Notes under the pieces: generated by a model
What the model saw: only the letters and a program-made list of their open reading frames with translations
Databases searched by the model: none
Told to the model about the DNA's origin: nothing
DNA from: Euglena gracilis
Taxonomy: Eukaryota
DNA length: 64,000 nt
Assembly: GCA_039621445.1 (NCBI GenBank)
Contig: CP154954.1
Location: forward strand, 5,805,919 to 5,869,918
Reading direction: 5' to 3'
Position numbers and translations under genes: made by a program
Shown here: piece by piece, positions 49,205-62,837 of the stretch
Layout: the number at the start of each line of letters is the position of its first letter
How positions within the stretch are numbered: the first letter of the stretch is position 1

Positions 49205-52200
49205 ATACACCCGGAAACTCTCCCATTGTCCGTGGGACGGCAGGGATCCTGCGCGGTGTCGGTGGTCGTGGGGGTATTTCTTCCACTTCCATTTTGACAT
49301 CCGGTCGAGGAGGTTGATCCTCCACAACCGCTGGCGCAGGTGCTACGGGAGGTTGATCCTCCGTTGTAGCCGTTGCGACAGATGTCTCTGTCGGTTGGGG
49401 TTCATCCCCTGAAGATGGTTGCGCTGCTGCCGGAGGTGGGGGTGCCGGGACACCGATATCCGGCGTCTCCACAACCTCAGTGGCAGAGCTTGATGCTATG
49501 CCTCCACCTCGTGGCGTTAGTGCAGAAGCCACGGCAGTAATGCCAGTGACGACGGCGCCGAGCACACGGCCTCCTAATGAGGTGCGTGCTGTGGGGCTGG
49601 CAGGTTCTTCGAGGGTATCCTCGATGACCATACCAGTCACCTCAGCTTCAGGCTCAGCCGCCGGGAGAGGCGTTGCAGCCACAGGTATATCCCCTGTGGG
49701 TGCTTCGTCTGGCCGAGGCTGTGCTGGGGCAGGCAGATCAGCGTAGAGGATAGCCTCCACGTTCTCGCCTTCCTCCTGAGGGAGTTCCTCGTCTCCACCT
49801 GCCGGTGGACAGACGGGAGCCGCGGCCGCGGGGGCCGGGGAGACTGATCGTTCCCCTGCCGCCCGTGGGGCAGAGACGAAGGATACAGCCGTCCCTGTCG
49901 GAGACAGCGGCGCTGCCTCCAGGATAGTGACGGAGGGGCTGCGGTCGCGATCCTCTCGCCGCGGAATCGCGGTGGTGGAAGCGACTGACTCCTCACGTCT
50001 CCTTCGCGCCAGAGGTTCATCCTCCGGGGCGATGAAGGCGCGCAGATCCTCGGGCGAACGCGGATCGTCGGGGTGCCATCGGCATCCCTGAGCATCCGCC
50101 AGCCTGTAAAAGGCCAGCGTACTGCTGCGGGGCTGTTGGGCCAGGGTGGCGGCCATGATGGCTGCACCCAAGCGTTGGCAGGCCTTTTTGGGCCCAGAAC
50201 ACCGCCGTAGCGCGTGTTTTCCCAGACGTCGAAAACGCCCTCCTCGAACTCCTGAACGCATGCCAGAATCGGCATACGCTGTTCGAGGATGGCCTCCGGG
50301 TGACACATCAGCGGGAGGAGTACCTCCCGGTCGAGGGTACCGCCAAACTGTCGCCGCAAATGTTCCTCCATGTTGATATCAGCCAGGTGCCAGTTGGGGT
50401 GCAGGTGGCCGAGAATCCGACGACAAGGGCCCTCGATGGCGTCACCGTAATTCGGTGGCAGGCTTTCCATACCAGGCCTATCGTCCTGGGGGTCACGGAG
50501 ATGTATATACACCTCCATGACATAGGTGGTCCAGGCTCGCCACCAGAACTGCTGCAGCATAAAAATACGCTGCTTGTGGACGCGGCGACTTTTGCCCTGG
50601 ACATCCGGGGCGTCGCGGCACACATGCATAAGCATGCGGCGTCCCATCTCCAGGCCCGGGTTTTCCCGAGGCGGTGGAGGACTTCCGCGCACGCCTAATC
50701 CCCAGAAGTCGACAGGAAATTCCTGCCGGCAGTACTTACAACAGAGGTCATACCTCTGCAAGCCAGGGAAATGCGCTTAACGCGGAAGGTGGAGCCGTAA
50801 TGGCTCACCAGCCACACCTGGAGGTTGTTGCACCACAACACCTCGATCAGGCGTTCGATGTCGGGGTGTAGTGGGTAGAATTCCTACTGCACGCCGAGGG
50901 GTCTGACTCTATGAATACAGTCGTAGATTGCCTTCAGCCTTCGGGCCAACACACGCTGGTCCCGAAATCTCAACTGGTGCAGGTAACTGCGACCAGTGGA
51001 GTCGCTGAAGAGACCCCAGTTCAGGCAGGGGTATCCCAGCCAAAACAAGAGCTCCCAGAAACCCGGCTGGGCATCCAGCAAAGGTCTGCCACCTTCACCT
51101 TCGAAGGCTTACAGATCTCTTCCGTAATGGAATAGTCTGACTCTGTTCTCGGTGTGGCGTAATACCACATCGATGACTGCTTGTGGAGGGGTGACGGGGC
51201 GGTTTCCTGCAATATGGTAACCATGCTGCATTCGCCAGCCTTCGTCCTCCAGCTCCTCCTTGCACCTGAGCATACGCTCAAAGTCCGAGAGGACTTCTGC
51301 TGGTTCCTCTTCCTCCTCACGTGCTGTTCCCTTACCTTTACCCTCACCCTTCCCTTTGCCGGCCACGCCTTTGCCTTCTCCCTTGCCTTTGCCCTCAGCC
51401 CAGCCTGTGTCCTTTCCCGTCTGGGGAATACCAGAGGGTCGGGCGCTCGGTGCCGCCGGAGTCGGTTCGGTTCCTTCCTATTCCATCTCTGGGGAGGGAC
51501 CTGGCCGACCCGCTGCACGTCGCGGTGACGGCGTGGCTGGGGGTTGGCTAGGAGTCTGGCGTGGGCTTGGCTTCGGCGCAGGTGGTCGCGGCTCCTTCCA
51601 TACCGGAGGAATCGGCGGTGGTATTGTGGCAACAGGACGGCTCATCGCCACCTCTGCCTCTGCCGGTGGTTTTCCAGCCGGGGTTACCTGGCTGGCTTCC
51701 ACCTGCATCGCCACACCGCCTTCCGCGTCCCGTGGGCTGGGTCGCCTGGGCTGTGGGGTAAGGTTCTCCGTAGTCCTGTCGCGCTTCAGGGTGGCAGGTA
51801 ATACTGCCACACCTGCCGGGGGCTCGCCGGGTAATACCGGGGTTGCCACCCGCAGCTGCGGCTGGTACGGATGGCATGGGGTGTATCCACGGCCTGAAGG
51901 GCAGCCAGAGAGGAGTAATACCTCGACCGGTGCTCTTCAGACACGAATACTGGCTCCTGCAGGAAGTGCCGAGCAAGCTCATCCTGCTCGGTTTCCGGAG
52001 GTGCCATGTGATAGTAGGGAGTCTCCTGCCGACGGGGGATATCCCCAGTCTGGACCGGAGCTGCACTGGGCGGTCGGGCTGCCACACGGTGGGGAGGTTC
52101 ATCCTCCACCACTATGGGCTCCGCCTGCCGCCGTGGCTCAACGCCAGGGACAGGGGCGACCGGTGATGCCTGTGGCATCCAGTGCATGAACATGTGTTGA

Positions 52201-53161
52201 ACGTATGCCTCAGGGGGCACGTCCTACTGTCCGGCTGGGAGCACGCGTGCGCCGCGCGGGTAATCCGCGTGCGTCCCGTACTGCGAGACAAATTGCTCCG
52301 CTGGCGGCTCGCGCGGCGGCATTCGCTGCGGCGAGGGCGGGCGAGCAAAAATTTTCGTCATCCCAGGTGGGACATGCACAGCCTCACCTACCGGTGGGGG
52401 CGTGTGCTCACGCATATGCACGGTGTGGGATCCCACCGGCGTCTGCGTTTGCAGCATGGGCGGCACATACACGCCCAGGTCCATCATTGTCTCGCCAGGC
52501 TCGAATCTGGAATCGGATGCCGACGAGAAATACCGTCTCCCCGTCATCAGGGCTTGGCCACAGGGACACCACTGAGCCACAGGCGTGTTGGCTACCACCA
52601 ACAACTGAGCGCAGTATGCATCCCAAAGGGCTTGCATAAAGGGCTCCGTTGGGGGTGTGCGCACATACGCATCGCCCGCTCCAACGTCTCCATAGTGCGG
52701 AAGATCATCTCTCCCGTATACGGGGGCAGGCGCGATCTGCGCTGCGCTGGTGGCTGACGTGCCGGCTGCTGGACGGCAGATGGATATGGTAGCGCATATG
52801 CGGACCGGCTGCTGGTAGCCGCGGCGAATACCGGGGCTGAAACCCTCTCAGCATGTGGGGCACCCGGAATCGGGGCCTCAGCATACTGAGGGTACTGGGG
52901 GTATGGCTCGCCCGAAGGCTGCAGCCATGGTGAACCAGGTGGTCCAGGTCCGCGCCCAGGCAGCAGGATGCTACCCGAACGACGACGACAACTAAGGGTG
53001 ACCTTGTTGTCAGTCGCTTTGAGTGCTGGTGCACTGAAAAAGTAAGGCTTCTATCTTAATCAAAAACTCTGCGAGAAAGATAGAGAAAGAAGGAAGTGCA
53101 GGGGGGGTATAAACGCGAAACATTCACCTAAAGCACACGCATTCTCCAAAACGAAATCGTT

Positions 53162-56100
53162 TCAGAAAGTGTTTATGTTATTGCGCTTGTTCCACGGCTT
53201 CCAATCCTGCTGGATATATCCAACAAAACTGGATGCTGGCTCCCAAGTGTCCTCCTCTGGCCCATACCCTTTCCAGCGAACTTTCCAGTAGTGCACACCC
53301 CTGTCGACCTTGTGGTCTATTATCCTATCGAACACAAAGTCGTCCGTTTCAGGTAATCTGGAACGGGGCTTGAAATACAGGCAGGGGATAGCTTTTCCGT
53401 CTGGGGGGCTTAGGTACGGTTTGAAGTCGTCCATATGTGTTGAAGTTTTGTAAAAACGATTTCCGTTTGTTGGAATGAATTTCTGTGATACGTGATTGGA
53501 CTGCAGAGCGGAGTGATTCCACTTCTGCAAACCACGTTTCACAGCTGACGCTACTTCGGGCGGGTCTCTCCGACGGGATATCCCCTATGGCCGGAGGGTC
53601 TCGTCCGAAAACAATTTTGTACGGCGAGTGTGGTAATACCAACCCTGGCAAGGTATTGATGTAAAATAAACACCAATGAAGAACGGATAACCAATTCTTA
53701 CCCGAGTCGGCCAGTGAAAGGCGAAGCATATTGACAACGGATTTCACGGCTGCCTCGGCTCTACCATTGCCTTTCGGGCGGTATATAATGGAAAAATGCT
53801 GCTAAATGCCGAGTAAACCGCACAAAGTGGTGAAAAACCGCGAAGAGATCAAGTGATCTTGATCACTCACAATTTCGTTCGGTAAACCCATTAAGCAGAT
53901 ACATTTCTCCAAAAATATGGATGCCAGAATTTGGGCCGTCAACCCTGCTTTCCGGCATGGAATGGCTACAATGTACCCACTCAGCCGACAGACGACAACA
54001 AAAATTGTAAATTTTGTCATATTATCCTTTGCAAGGTTCAAGTTCGAGAAAGTCCATGCAGAGGGACGTAAAAGTGTCTGGTGGTACGGGGAAAAAGTCC
54101 ATCGTACCAGGGGGGGTACCTCAGCGCGGTTTAACAGCCTGGCAAAATTGGCACCGTTGGGAAATTCGCAAACAGCGCGAATATAAATCTTTTGCACTCA
54201 GGGTTGTGCCATATCTGCGACCCACTAGTGAAAGAAGTTTGGGGGCCCCAGGGTGACCATGGTTGTGATACCTCAAAATCACATCATCAACCAGGTCTTG
54301 GGGTATACAATATTTATAACCAGAAACATTCCGGAAAATAAGCCGCAATGGTGATAGAGAGTAATTCTCTATGGATTCACCATTACGAAGTCTATTCACA
54401 ATGGTACTATATATAGGGTCACGCGAATAGTCCCATTCGCGGAAAAATAGGGGGGTAGGAGTTTCCGTACGCGTAATGCGACGGGGTGCGGCAGTGCGTC
54501 CACGCCGGCGCCTTCCACGCAATGGTGAAATGGCGATGCTGCGATATACCCGGGAAACGGGTAGTGAACCGAGCATGTTGTCCGCAGCGTCGGATCGACG
54601 TGCGAACTGGTCAGCCTCATGGCTGCCATAAAAAGTCGCATCACCCTCATCCGGGTTCCCAGGATAATCCCAGGGGGCTCGGCTGAGAGGATCCGCAACT
54701 TTTTGTGTATGACCTGGGGTATAGATAACCACCAGGTTAAACTGGCTCAAGAACTCATGCCATCGGCATCTTCTGCCAACTGATGACATGGCCTTGTTTA
54801 GGTCCTCGGTATACCAGTGTTGAAGGCTCTCATGATCCCTCAACACGAGTATCTGGACAAAGCTGCTGGCTATCCAGCTGCGGAATGTCTGGAGAATAAG
54901 CACAATGGTATATGTCTCCTTTTCGCGAATGCTCCATTTAACCTGTCCTTTCCCGTTGTCGCCCTGTAGCTTCCTGCTGAAGAAAGCCACAGGTCGGAGT
55001 TCATTCGCCGCATTATGCAGGCTAAGAACCCCGCCAACAGCGTAATCGCTGCTGTCGACTTCCAGGACATATGGTTTATATGGATCCGCGATATCGAGAA
55101 CCACGTTCTCGAGCAGCAAGTCCTTGATTTTATTGAAGGCCTCGCGCATTTGGTCATCCAAAATGACTTTTGCGTTATCGGGTGTCCTATTTTTGAGTTG
55201 TCGGGTTAGTGGTAACTGCGATTTTTTGCGAAATCTTTCATGTAAATCGCGTAATATTGGGCTAATCCCAAAAATCCCTTTAAATGCGTTAAGGTCTTAA
55301 TGACCTCAGGAGTCCATTTCTTAATGGCCTCCATCTTACTGGGTGCCGCTTTACGCTGCCCGTTGCTCAGGATATGCCCGCAAAACTTAATAAATTTGCA
55401 AAACAGGTGCATTTTGGAACCCTTCACAAAAAGCGCATGCTTTTTGAACGCAGATAATACCACCCACACATCGCGATAGTGCGGTTCGAGGATAGCCTCG
55501 CCCGATTTCGCGGATGGCGGTTGGGTTCCCACCAGTACATCATCGATGTACACCAGAGCAAACGGTAAATCGCGCAAAACCCACTGGATCATGCGTTGAA
55601 ACATGGCTGGACCATTCCTTACACCCATGGGGAGTACCGTCCATTGGTACACACCCTTGGATGTCACGAATGCCGTGTACGGTTGCGAATCAGGATGCAA
55701 ACGCATCTGATGGAAACCGTCTTCCAGATCAAAGATTGAGCACAACCGGTTATCCGATTGTCTGGTGATCAAATCTTTGATCAGCGGTAACGGGAAGGGG
55801 TCATCCTTCGTTTGGGAGTTCAGGTACCGGTAATCCAGCACTAGTCTCTACTTCTTTTGACCAGACTGGTCAGCGGGTTTGGGCACCACAAAAACCTGTG
55901 ATGTCCATTCGCTCTTGGAAGGGATAATCCACTTCCGCTGGATGGGTTTCTCAATCATCTCGTTGAGAGCTTGTTCGCGTTCACCCGAACAACGGAAGAA
56001 TTTACGGTGCATGGGTTTAGCGCCATCCTTGAGCTCGATTTTGCAAACACCGAACGGGCCGCGAATCGCGGGGTCGATGTCGCTGGCGTATACTGGGTTA

Positions 56101-58268
56101 TCCAGTACACCATGAAATTCGCGAGTAATTCGCGAACAATAGTCAGCAGACTTTGTTGGTCCGCACTCTCAATGACCGCAGAAATCTGCGTTGAGGGTGT
56201 GGCATCCCCCTTGGTACCAAGGTATCTTGGCACACGCACATCGGATATTCCGAATGCGTCAAAGAAACAAACGCCAAAAATTATTTCTTTAACCGGTGGT
56301 AATAATATACTGGACGTCCTCAATCCCGTTGCGCAAGGTAACTTTATATCGCCCGCTACTACCTAACCTCTCCAAAATTTCGCATGGGCCGAGCCAAAGA
56401 GGATCTAGCTTGGAGGATTGCATGCGGGTGCGGTTATTCCGTACCCACACGTGGTCACCTGGACTATACACAGGCACAAAAATCCTCGAATAGTGGTACA
56501 TCAGCGGGTAAATCCCACCAGTGGAAACACACATGGGATAGTTGGTGAAACCAATCCGCATTCGGATTGACGGGTATGAGGAGAGCTCCTCGCGCTTCAT
56601 CGCGGAGGATTTTCTCCACCACATCCGGGAAAAAGTTCGGGAGAGGGTGCATCCAGAGCACCGTATCACCCCAAAATTTCAGAAATGCGTTGGAATGTCG
56701 CGACCAATATCGTGACAAGCGCGCATGCGCTTTTGATGAAAACACATCAATTTCTAATGACAAATCGAAGGAATCAGCCACAACCGCGATTTTGGAGAAC
56801 GATCCCTCCAAAATTCGGTATTGACCAAAATTTAATGCGTTCCATACGCGCATCGCGTATGTGTCGACCTGGTTCGCGGGGTGAAGAGCAGTAACGCAAT
56901 TCAGGGATCCGCAAACATAAGTCAAGGGTGTTTTATCCACTCTCCCTAGGGGCATTCCTCAATGTTGATGGGTTGGATGGGTGTATACCCAGTCCATATC
57001 ATGCGAGATGGAGGTGGGGGAGGTGTGTGACACGGATTTCGCTGTCCCAAACAACAAGGCAATACCTCGTTGTTGGAGCACTTGATGTACGGTCGCGCAT
57101 TGCGAACCGCAACCAAGTGTATGGTTGCGCGAAATCGGGATTATTGTTGGTGTTTGGACTAGGCATCCACAATCGAAATCTGGCTGGGCGGAAATTCTCC
57201 CTCAGTGCACACATTGGAAGGGAGTGTCGGAGTAGTGGTCCTGGTCGCGCACGTTGGTCTGGTGGGGGTGTGTGTAAAAGTCGGGATGCGCTGTTGTAGC
57301 TGCTGGGGGGTGTACAGATGTATCTGAAAGCGATACATCTGGTGGAAAACGGGGTATTGGTGCAGCTGGGCGACTACTCGACACCGTACGTACTTCAGGC
57401 CTTTGGGCTTTCGTCTTGTAACCCAGTGGAACGAGGGGGGTACCGCTACTCGCTTGCCCTGCCTCATGGGGAACGGAAGTTGGTGTGTCAATGGGCAGGG
57501 GGTGAACTTTCTCGGTACACCCGGTGTGGAAAACGTTGGTTGGTGTGGATGGTAACGGGGTAATATTTTTTGAAATCGGTGTGGAAATATTGGTGGTCGT
57601 CGCGGTTGACGCCACGGGTGCTGAAGGTTTGGGGGGCAATGAAGAGAATGGTGATGTGCGCCAACCGTGGGAGTGGCAATCCACTACCAGCCGGTGCTGA
57701 CGTAAAAAGGGGTATCCAAGAATTACGCCAGAACCATGGATTCCGGATTCGTATCCCCAGGTATCCGGAAAATTTTGCGTTTGGGGGGGGTGTGAGTGGT
57801 GCTTGGGGATGAGGGGTAGGACAATGTCCAAAAAGCATCCCAAGTCACCGCCGCACATGGGGGTGTTGTCAGCCGTCGTAATTTTGATCAGCTTCTTGGC
57901 TTTCACCAAGAGGGGGGTTGGTATCAACCCGAACCGAAAAAGTAGTGCAATGCGACAACCAGTATCAATGAGAATTTTGACTTTTGCACTACAATTTTGG
58001 AATTTGATTTCCGCTTGGACCAAAAGTTCAATGGGGGGTAAGCAAAGTGAAGGGTCTGGCGAAAATACGTTTTCTTCCAGCTTTCCCATGATCCCTTTCC
58101 TACTTTGCACAACATTCCGAGCGGAAAGCTGGAGTGGGGGGTGGGGGACCCGAAAATTTTCCGGGTACCGACCAGAAAGGCAGATGGGCAGGGGGGGCGG
58201 GGTTGATCAGGTCCTACCTCCATCTGTTCATCAGCCCAGAGGTCCGTTCCCTCGGACCTCGGGCTCCC
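53162..58268 (-). pseudogene. pol: pol of D (PR, MTase-like domain, RT, RH, IN, chromodomain), degraded
   Basis: ILIDTGC; LEIDVFSS..LWMHPLP; YIDD; EVDSSDYAVGG; chromodomain [17 protein letters not shown]. Confidence 0.93.
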
Positions 58269-61200
58269 CTACTCCAGGTCCGAACCGGCCGAATAGCCGC
58301 TATGGGCCTTTTAGAGGTGTAGAAGGATTTCAACGTGCGCACCGCCATGCGGGCATCGTCGAAATCGGTATCCGTGGTCTCATCCCCCTCCCTGCCCGAA
58401 GCCGGGGTGTCATCCTCCAAACAAGATATCTTGAAACCGACTTTATGGCGGTTGGAGGAGTGACCCTTGTCACCGCGATTCATACCGCGATGACGTTGGC
58501 CAGGGCGTGGAGAACGAGAACGCAGACATTTGGATGAGTGGTGATCACTCGATCCACAAAGCGAACACCGAGATTTGTGTCGCGATTCTGGGTAACGGGG
58601 GGATCGGTTTCCCGATTTCCCGTCAACCGTCGCGGTGACCGGATATCCCGTCGACGATGACCGGTGTATCGAGGTTTTCCCGACGAGGATCGCGAAGAAG
58701 ATGATCCGCTTCGCAAAACACGATCGCGATGTCTCGCGATGAGAATCACACTTCTTGGACAGGGCACCGGGTGACCTACCCCGAGGGGTACCGTGTTTCC
58801 GCTCATCGCGGAACGGGATCCGGGGGCTAATACCACCGGAACGGGGACCCGATGACCGTGAATTGCCCGATTGGCGTGAAAACGTGGAGGAACCCGAACC
58901 CCGTGATGAGGTCGAGCCTCGTGGACTCTGAATACGCTTACACACTTCAGGATTAGGACATTCCCGAGACATATGTCCCGCTTTGTTGCACAAAAAGCAC
59001 ACTTTATCCGTGGCTTGGTCCGAAGAACGCGGATATCGCGTTTTCGATCCCGTGTTTGGTGAGGTGGGTGAAACCGGTGATTTTTGCAATGCGTTCACCG
59101 AACCAGCCGGTAATCCAGCGGTTGGGTGTGCGTTATACGCGGATTGCATCTGACCAAGAAGCTGTGATAGCTTCAACTGCTTGGAAACGTAGTTCCAGCG
59201 TTGGTCAAGAGTCATTGGATGACTCGCCAACCCATCACGGTGGATATCCTTGATGAGGCTAGGCGTGAAATACATGAGAACAGCATCAAACTGTTCGCGC
59301 ACTTGCTTTTCACTGAGTTCATCCACTTCGGCGGCAAGTCCTAACCATTTGGCATACCAAAGGTCAATGGACTTCCACGTGCGATCGGGTGGGGCGCATT
59401 GCCGCCACTTGGTCTCTAGGGTAATCCTAGCGACCAAACTTGAACTGGTGGAAGCGTATTGCTCCACCAGGTCATCAAGGGAAACACGGTAGCGAATCAC
59501 GAGTTGTCGCGCGCGTTCCTTCTCATCCCTAGGGAGGCAATCGATTAATTCCATCTTGATCACCTCCGGGTTTGTGTCCTGGGTTGGCCCTTTTAATGCC
59601 CAGTAGTACTGCCAGTCCCGGAAAAACTGTCTCCATGCGGTTGGATCACCGTCGCATTGGGGTTTCACCTTATTCGCGATTGCGATGGTGCCCTTGAAGT
59701 CTTTCTGAGAAACCCAGTGACCGTCGGTGGTATTCCGTGGTTTTGGGCCTGGGTACGCTCGAGCACCAAGCGTATCCTTTCCGGAATCTTGGCGGAATTC
59801 GCGATTTCTGGTGAAGGTGAATCCTGGTACCGGAAATCCGGTCGCAAACCCTGTTGGGCACCCGTAATACGGGGACTCTCCGGTGTGGGGGTATGTCGCC
59901 CATGCAACATGTGACCCACTCCCGGTGTACGGGTTTGGCTCATTCCATGCACAAGCATGGAATGATGGATTTCTTGGCGGAGACTTGGCGGAATCGCCGT
60001 GTTTTCCGAAAATTCGGTTCCCGTAATGGGAAATTCATCCGAAAACTGGGTTTGGGTTGTGGGCAAGGCCAATGGTGGCACAATTCGCGGACTCGCGGAT
60101 TGTGACACTCGGGACACGGGTTGTGGTGGTGCATGTGCACCTAGAGTCGGGTTATGGAAACGCGACTCTGCAACATTTGGCGCGTCTTCGGCATTGCATA
60201 CTGCCGAATTGCGGTGTGAAACCCGCTGTTGGTTGGACACATTATCCAAACACACAGACAAGTCATGCACAGTTTGCTCCAAGTGCTCAACGAGTTGGAG
60301 TTGACCGCAAATAAGATCAACTCGATCCTCCAAAGCGCGAATACGCTTGCGGTAACGGGAAAAGTCATCCGAGTGCGGAAACCTTTCGGAAATTTCGGTA
60401 ACATCTTGGACAAGGTTCCCGTGAGAATTATCCAATAATTGGAGTTGTCCCATTAATGCTTTTACAGCATTTGAGAGAATCTGCAGTTACCTTGGTTGGT
60501 GTGGTGGTGGGTGGAACCGGTGCAGCGTTATCCGACAACGCGGTTGTGGTACCCACGGGAAAATTTGCGGATTGCAGCTTATCCAAAAACGCGGAAATTC
60601 GCTCATCCAACCTGGTAATTTCACTTTGCGTGGATCGGGCATTCCGATTCACCGATTCCTCAAGCCGTAATAGGCTGTTGCAGAAATCTTGCAATGTTTC
60701 CTGATTGTCAGTGAGCATTTTGTCATAAAATGCCTTGAAATCGGGGTTCTCGGTAATCCAGGAATTGGAACATGCAGGTAGAGACTGCATTTCTGTTTTT
60801 TTAGCAGACACCGATGCATACCGGGTCTGGAGTTCCCCAATAGCAGTTTGAATACCTCTAATGTCCGGAACTCGGTGGGAAAGTGCGGAATAGCTTTGTT
60901 GCAAACCCGCAATGGCCGAGTTAATCCCGCCAATGTCGGATTGCAACTGCAACTGCAGGGAATCCTGCCGTTGTGCTACTTCCGCGACTTTCGCGCTCAG
61001 ATTGGATAATCCAACCTGATTTGCGTCACAATAGCAGGTTTTCTGATCCAAGCGGGACAGTCGCTCCTCCAACTGCCGCACATACGTGTGGGGAGCAAAA
61101 TTCTCGTTGGCTTGTGACTGGAATTGCCGAAATTTTTCTGTTTCATCGCACAATTGCATAATGCGGTGTTGCGATTCATGGAAAGTTGCGGACAATGTGG

Positions 61201-62241
61201 TGAAATGGTCCATAGACACAAATCCACCACTGTTTGATGTTGCAGACAAGGAATGTCGTGCATGCAACTGTTGTTGCAAATGCACGAGATTGTTGCAAAT
61301 GAACAGGACTCCATTTTTCCCGATAACTGTTGTAGTGAGTCATGCAAGTGCAGAAACTTGGAATCATTCCGCGTTTCCGCTTCATGCATGCATTCACTAA
61401 TTAGCCGGAAGTTTTGCGGGAGTTGTTGGCATATTTTGTCAAAGGTTTCCCGAAAGCTTGCAAGGTCAATACCCGCACTTTCGAAATTCCTCTGGCAATA
61501 TTTGCCAACTTCTTGCAAATAATTCCAGCAGTATTCCAGCTTGGTGAAGACATGTTTTTGGTTGTCCTCATCAAACTGGAGCACTTTGTTGAGTGCGGTT
61601 GCACAATCTGCAACGCATTGTTGCACATGGTTGAACTGCCTCACAAGGGGGTGATCCCCTGGAAGCTGAGCAACGATATCCTGCACATCCTCAGCAGTGA
61701 GGAGCTCACCAGTGCCCTTCCCATAGCCATCCATGTGTTGGGACGTACCGGAGAATTCCGGTACCACTAGGCGAGTCTCCGGTTGCCAAGGTAGTGCGGG
61801 ATAGCACCCAAGATCGGGTGGTGGTGGCAAAGCTCTGTAAGGGCTTGCCGGTGGAAGAACGGGTGGTGGTTGAAAGAAACACGGGGTTTCTAGCTCACCA
61901 TCACCAGAGAAGCCCGGTGGCTGAATCACCACGGGTCTCTCCGGTGTGTGCAGCTGCACCATTGCCGCAGACAGAGGCGAATACCCCCGTTGTGACAAGG
62001 TGAGTGCGGAAGAGGCCGCATTAGCCTCTGAAGCCAGTGATGTGGAGGGCTCATTGCCGACCACTGTCAATGATGACAAATGTTGCAATCTTGACAATTG
62101 AACCAATTGTGCCTCATCGGCGTGGGAACTGGAAGCACTTTCACATAAAAGCTTCCAATCCCCATTTTCCTGGTCAATGTCTTGCAATGATGCCTGTAAT
62201 AAGGCATAGTTGAATTGATAGTTGGGGCCTGTGCTTTGCAT
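58269..62241 (-). pseudogene. gag: Long gag of D
   Basis: ATG 62241 MQSTGPNY; capsid KPQCDGDPTAWRQFF; CFLCNKAGHMSREC and CSLCGSSDHHSSKC; TAG 58269-58271. Confidence 0.88.
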
Positions 62242-62510
62242 CTTTCTGATGACAAAAACAGCAAAAACGCACAAAATTAAACAGTTGTGCTGGCACCAGA
62301 GGGACTGTAACGGGTAATACCACACAGAGGCTTCCGGAGCCTGCTCGTCTGCTTAGACTAGAAGCCGGGAGGTGACGCTGCGACCTTGTAATGACGGTGC
62401 AGGGGCCCTCCGCTGCCAGTCAGCGTAGGATCGAATCAAACTGCAACCAAGTGTAATACCTGGTAGCCTTTTTTTTTCTGTATGGGTTGTATGTGTAGGA
62501 TCGTGACCTC

Positions 62511-62521
62511 CTCTGCTACCA
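62511..62521 (-). promoter_or_regulatory. tRNA-iMet PBS of D
   Basis: TGGTAGCAGAG on the - strand abutting the 5' LTR; degenerate second copy at ~62430-62456. Confidence 0.85.
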
Positions 62522-62837
62522 CGTGTAAGTCTGATTCCCAATTCCCTTTTCCCAATTCCCAAAAGCCTTCGCTTTCGCCTTGGCGCACCTACTTGGGAAC
62601 TGAAAATCATAGTAACAGAAAATCCCTTTTTCCCACTTCCCAAGAAGCAAAGCACAGAGCAATGCAGGGAGGACGGACTGGATATCCAAGTCCGGTCCGG
62701 AGAAAAGGAAGGACAAAGGGAAAAACAGAATACCACCTGTGGAGAGAGAAGGGGCACCCATTAGGAGATCCTAATAGGATCTGCTTCCATCCTAACTTCC
62801 TCAACGGAAGGGGACAGAAGCATATGCCTGGTACACA
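62522..62837 (-). repeat. 5' LTR of D
   Basis: Starts TGTGTACCAGGC on the - strand next to TSD CCTCG. Confidence 0.95.

Larger units (their letters stand above)
45775..52966 (-). pseudogene. ORF3 of D, full length, interrupted by mini-element G
   Basis: Near-identical to B ORF3 in the 5' part; C-terminal WTCTVCH..PLVHVC..YVPNCVALVCGEC..LCINC and PQVPANHPQMNYIIWP..LVEDPL..HDYW match C. Confidence 0.87.
44636..62837 (-). mobile_element. Complete LTR retrotransposon copy D nested in the integrase of E
   Basis: LTRs 44636-44952 and 62522-62837; TSD CCTCG at 44631-44635 and 62838-62842. Confidence 0.96.

Noticed and set aside
51260-52189. Long antisense ORFs over ORF3, gag and pol (also 9655-10314, 46207-46872, 57803-58537)
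   Set aside because: Shadow frames of GC-rich coding sequence, not conserved between subfamilies
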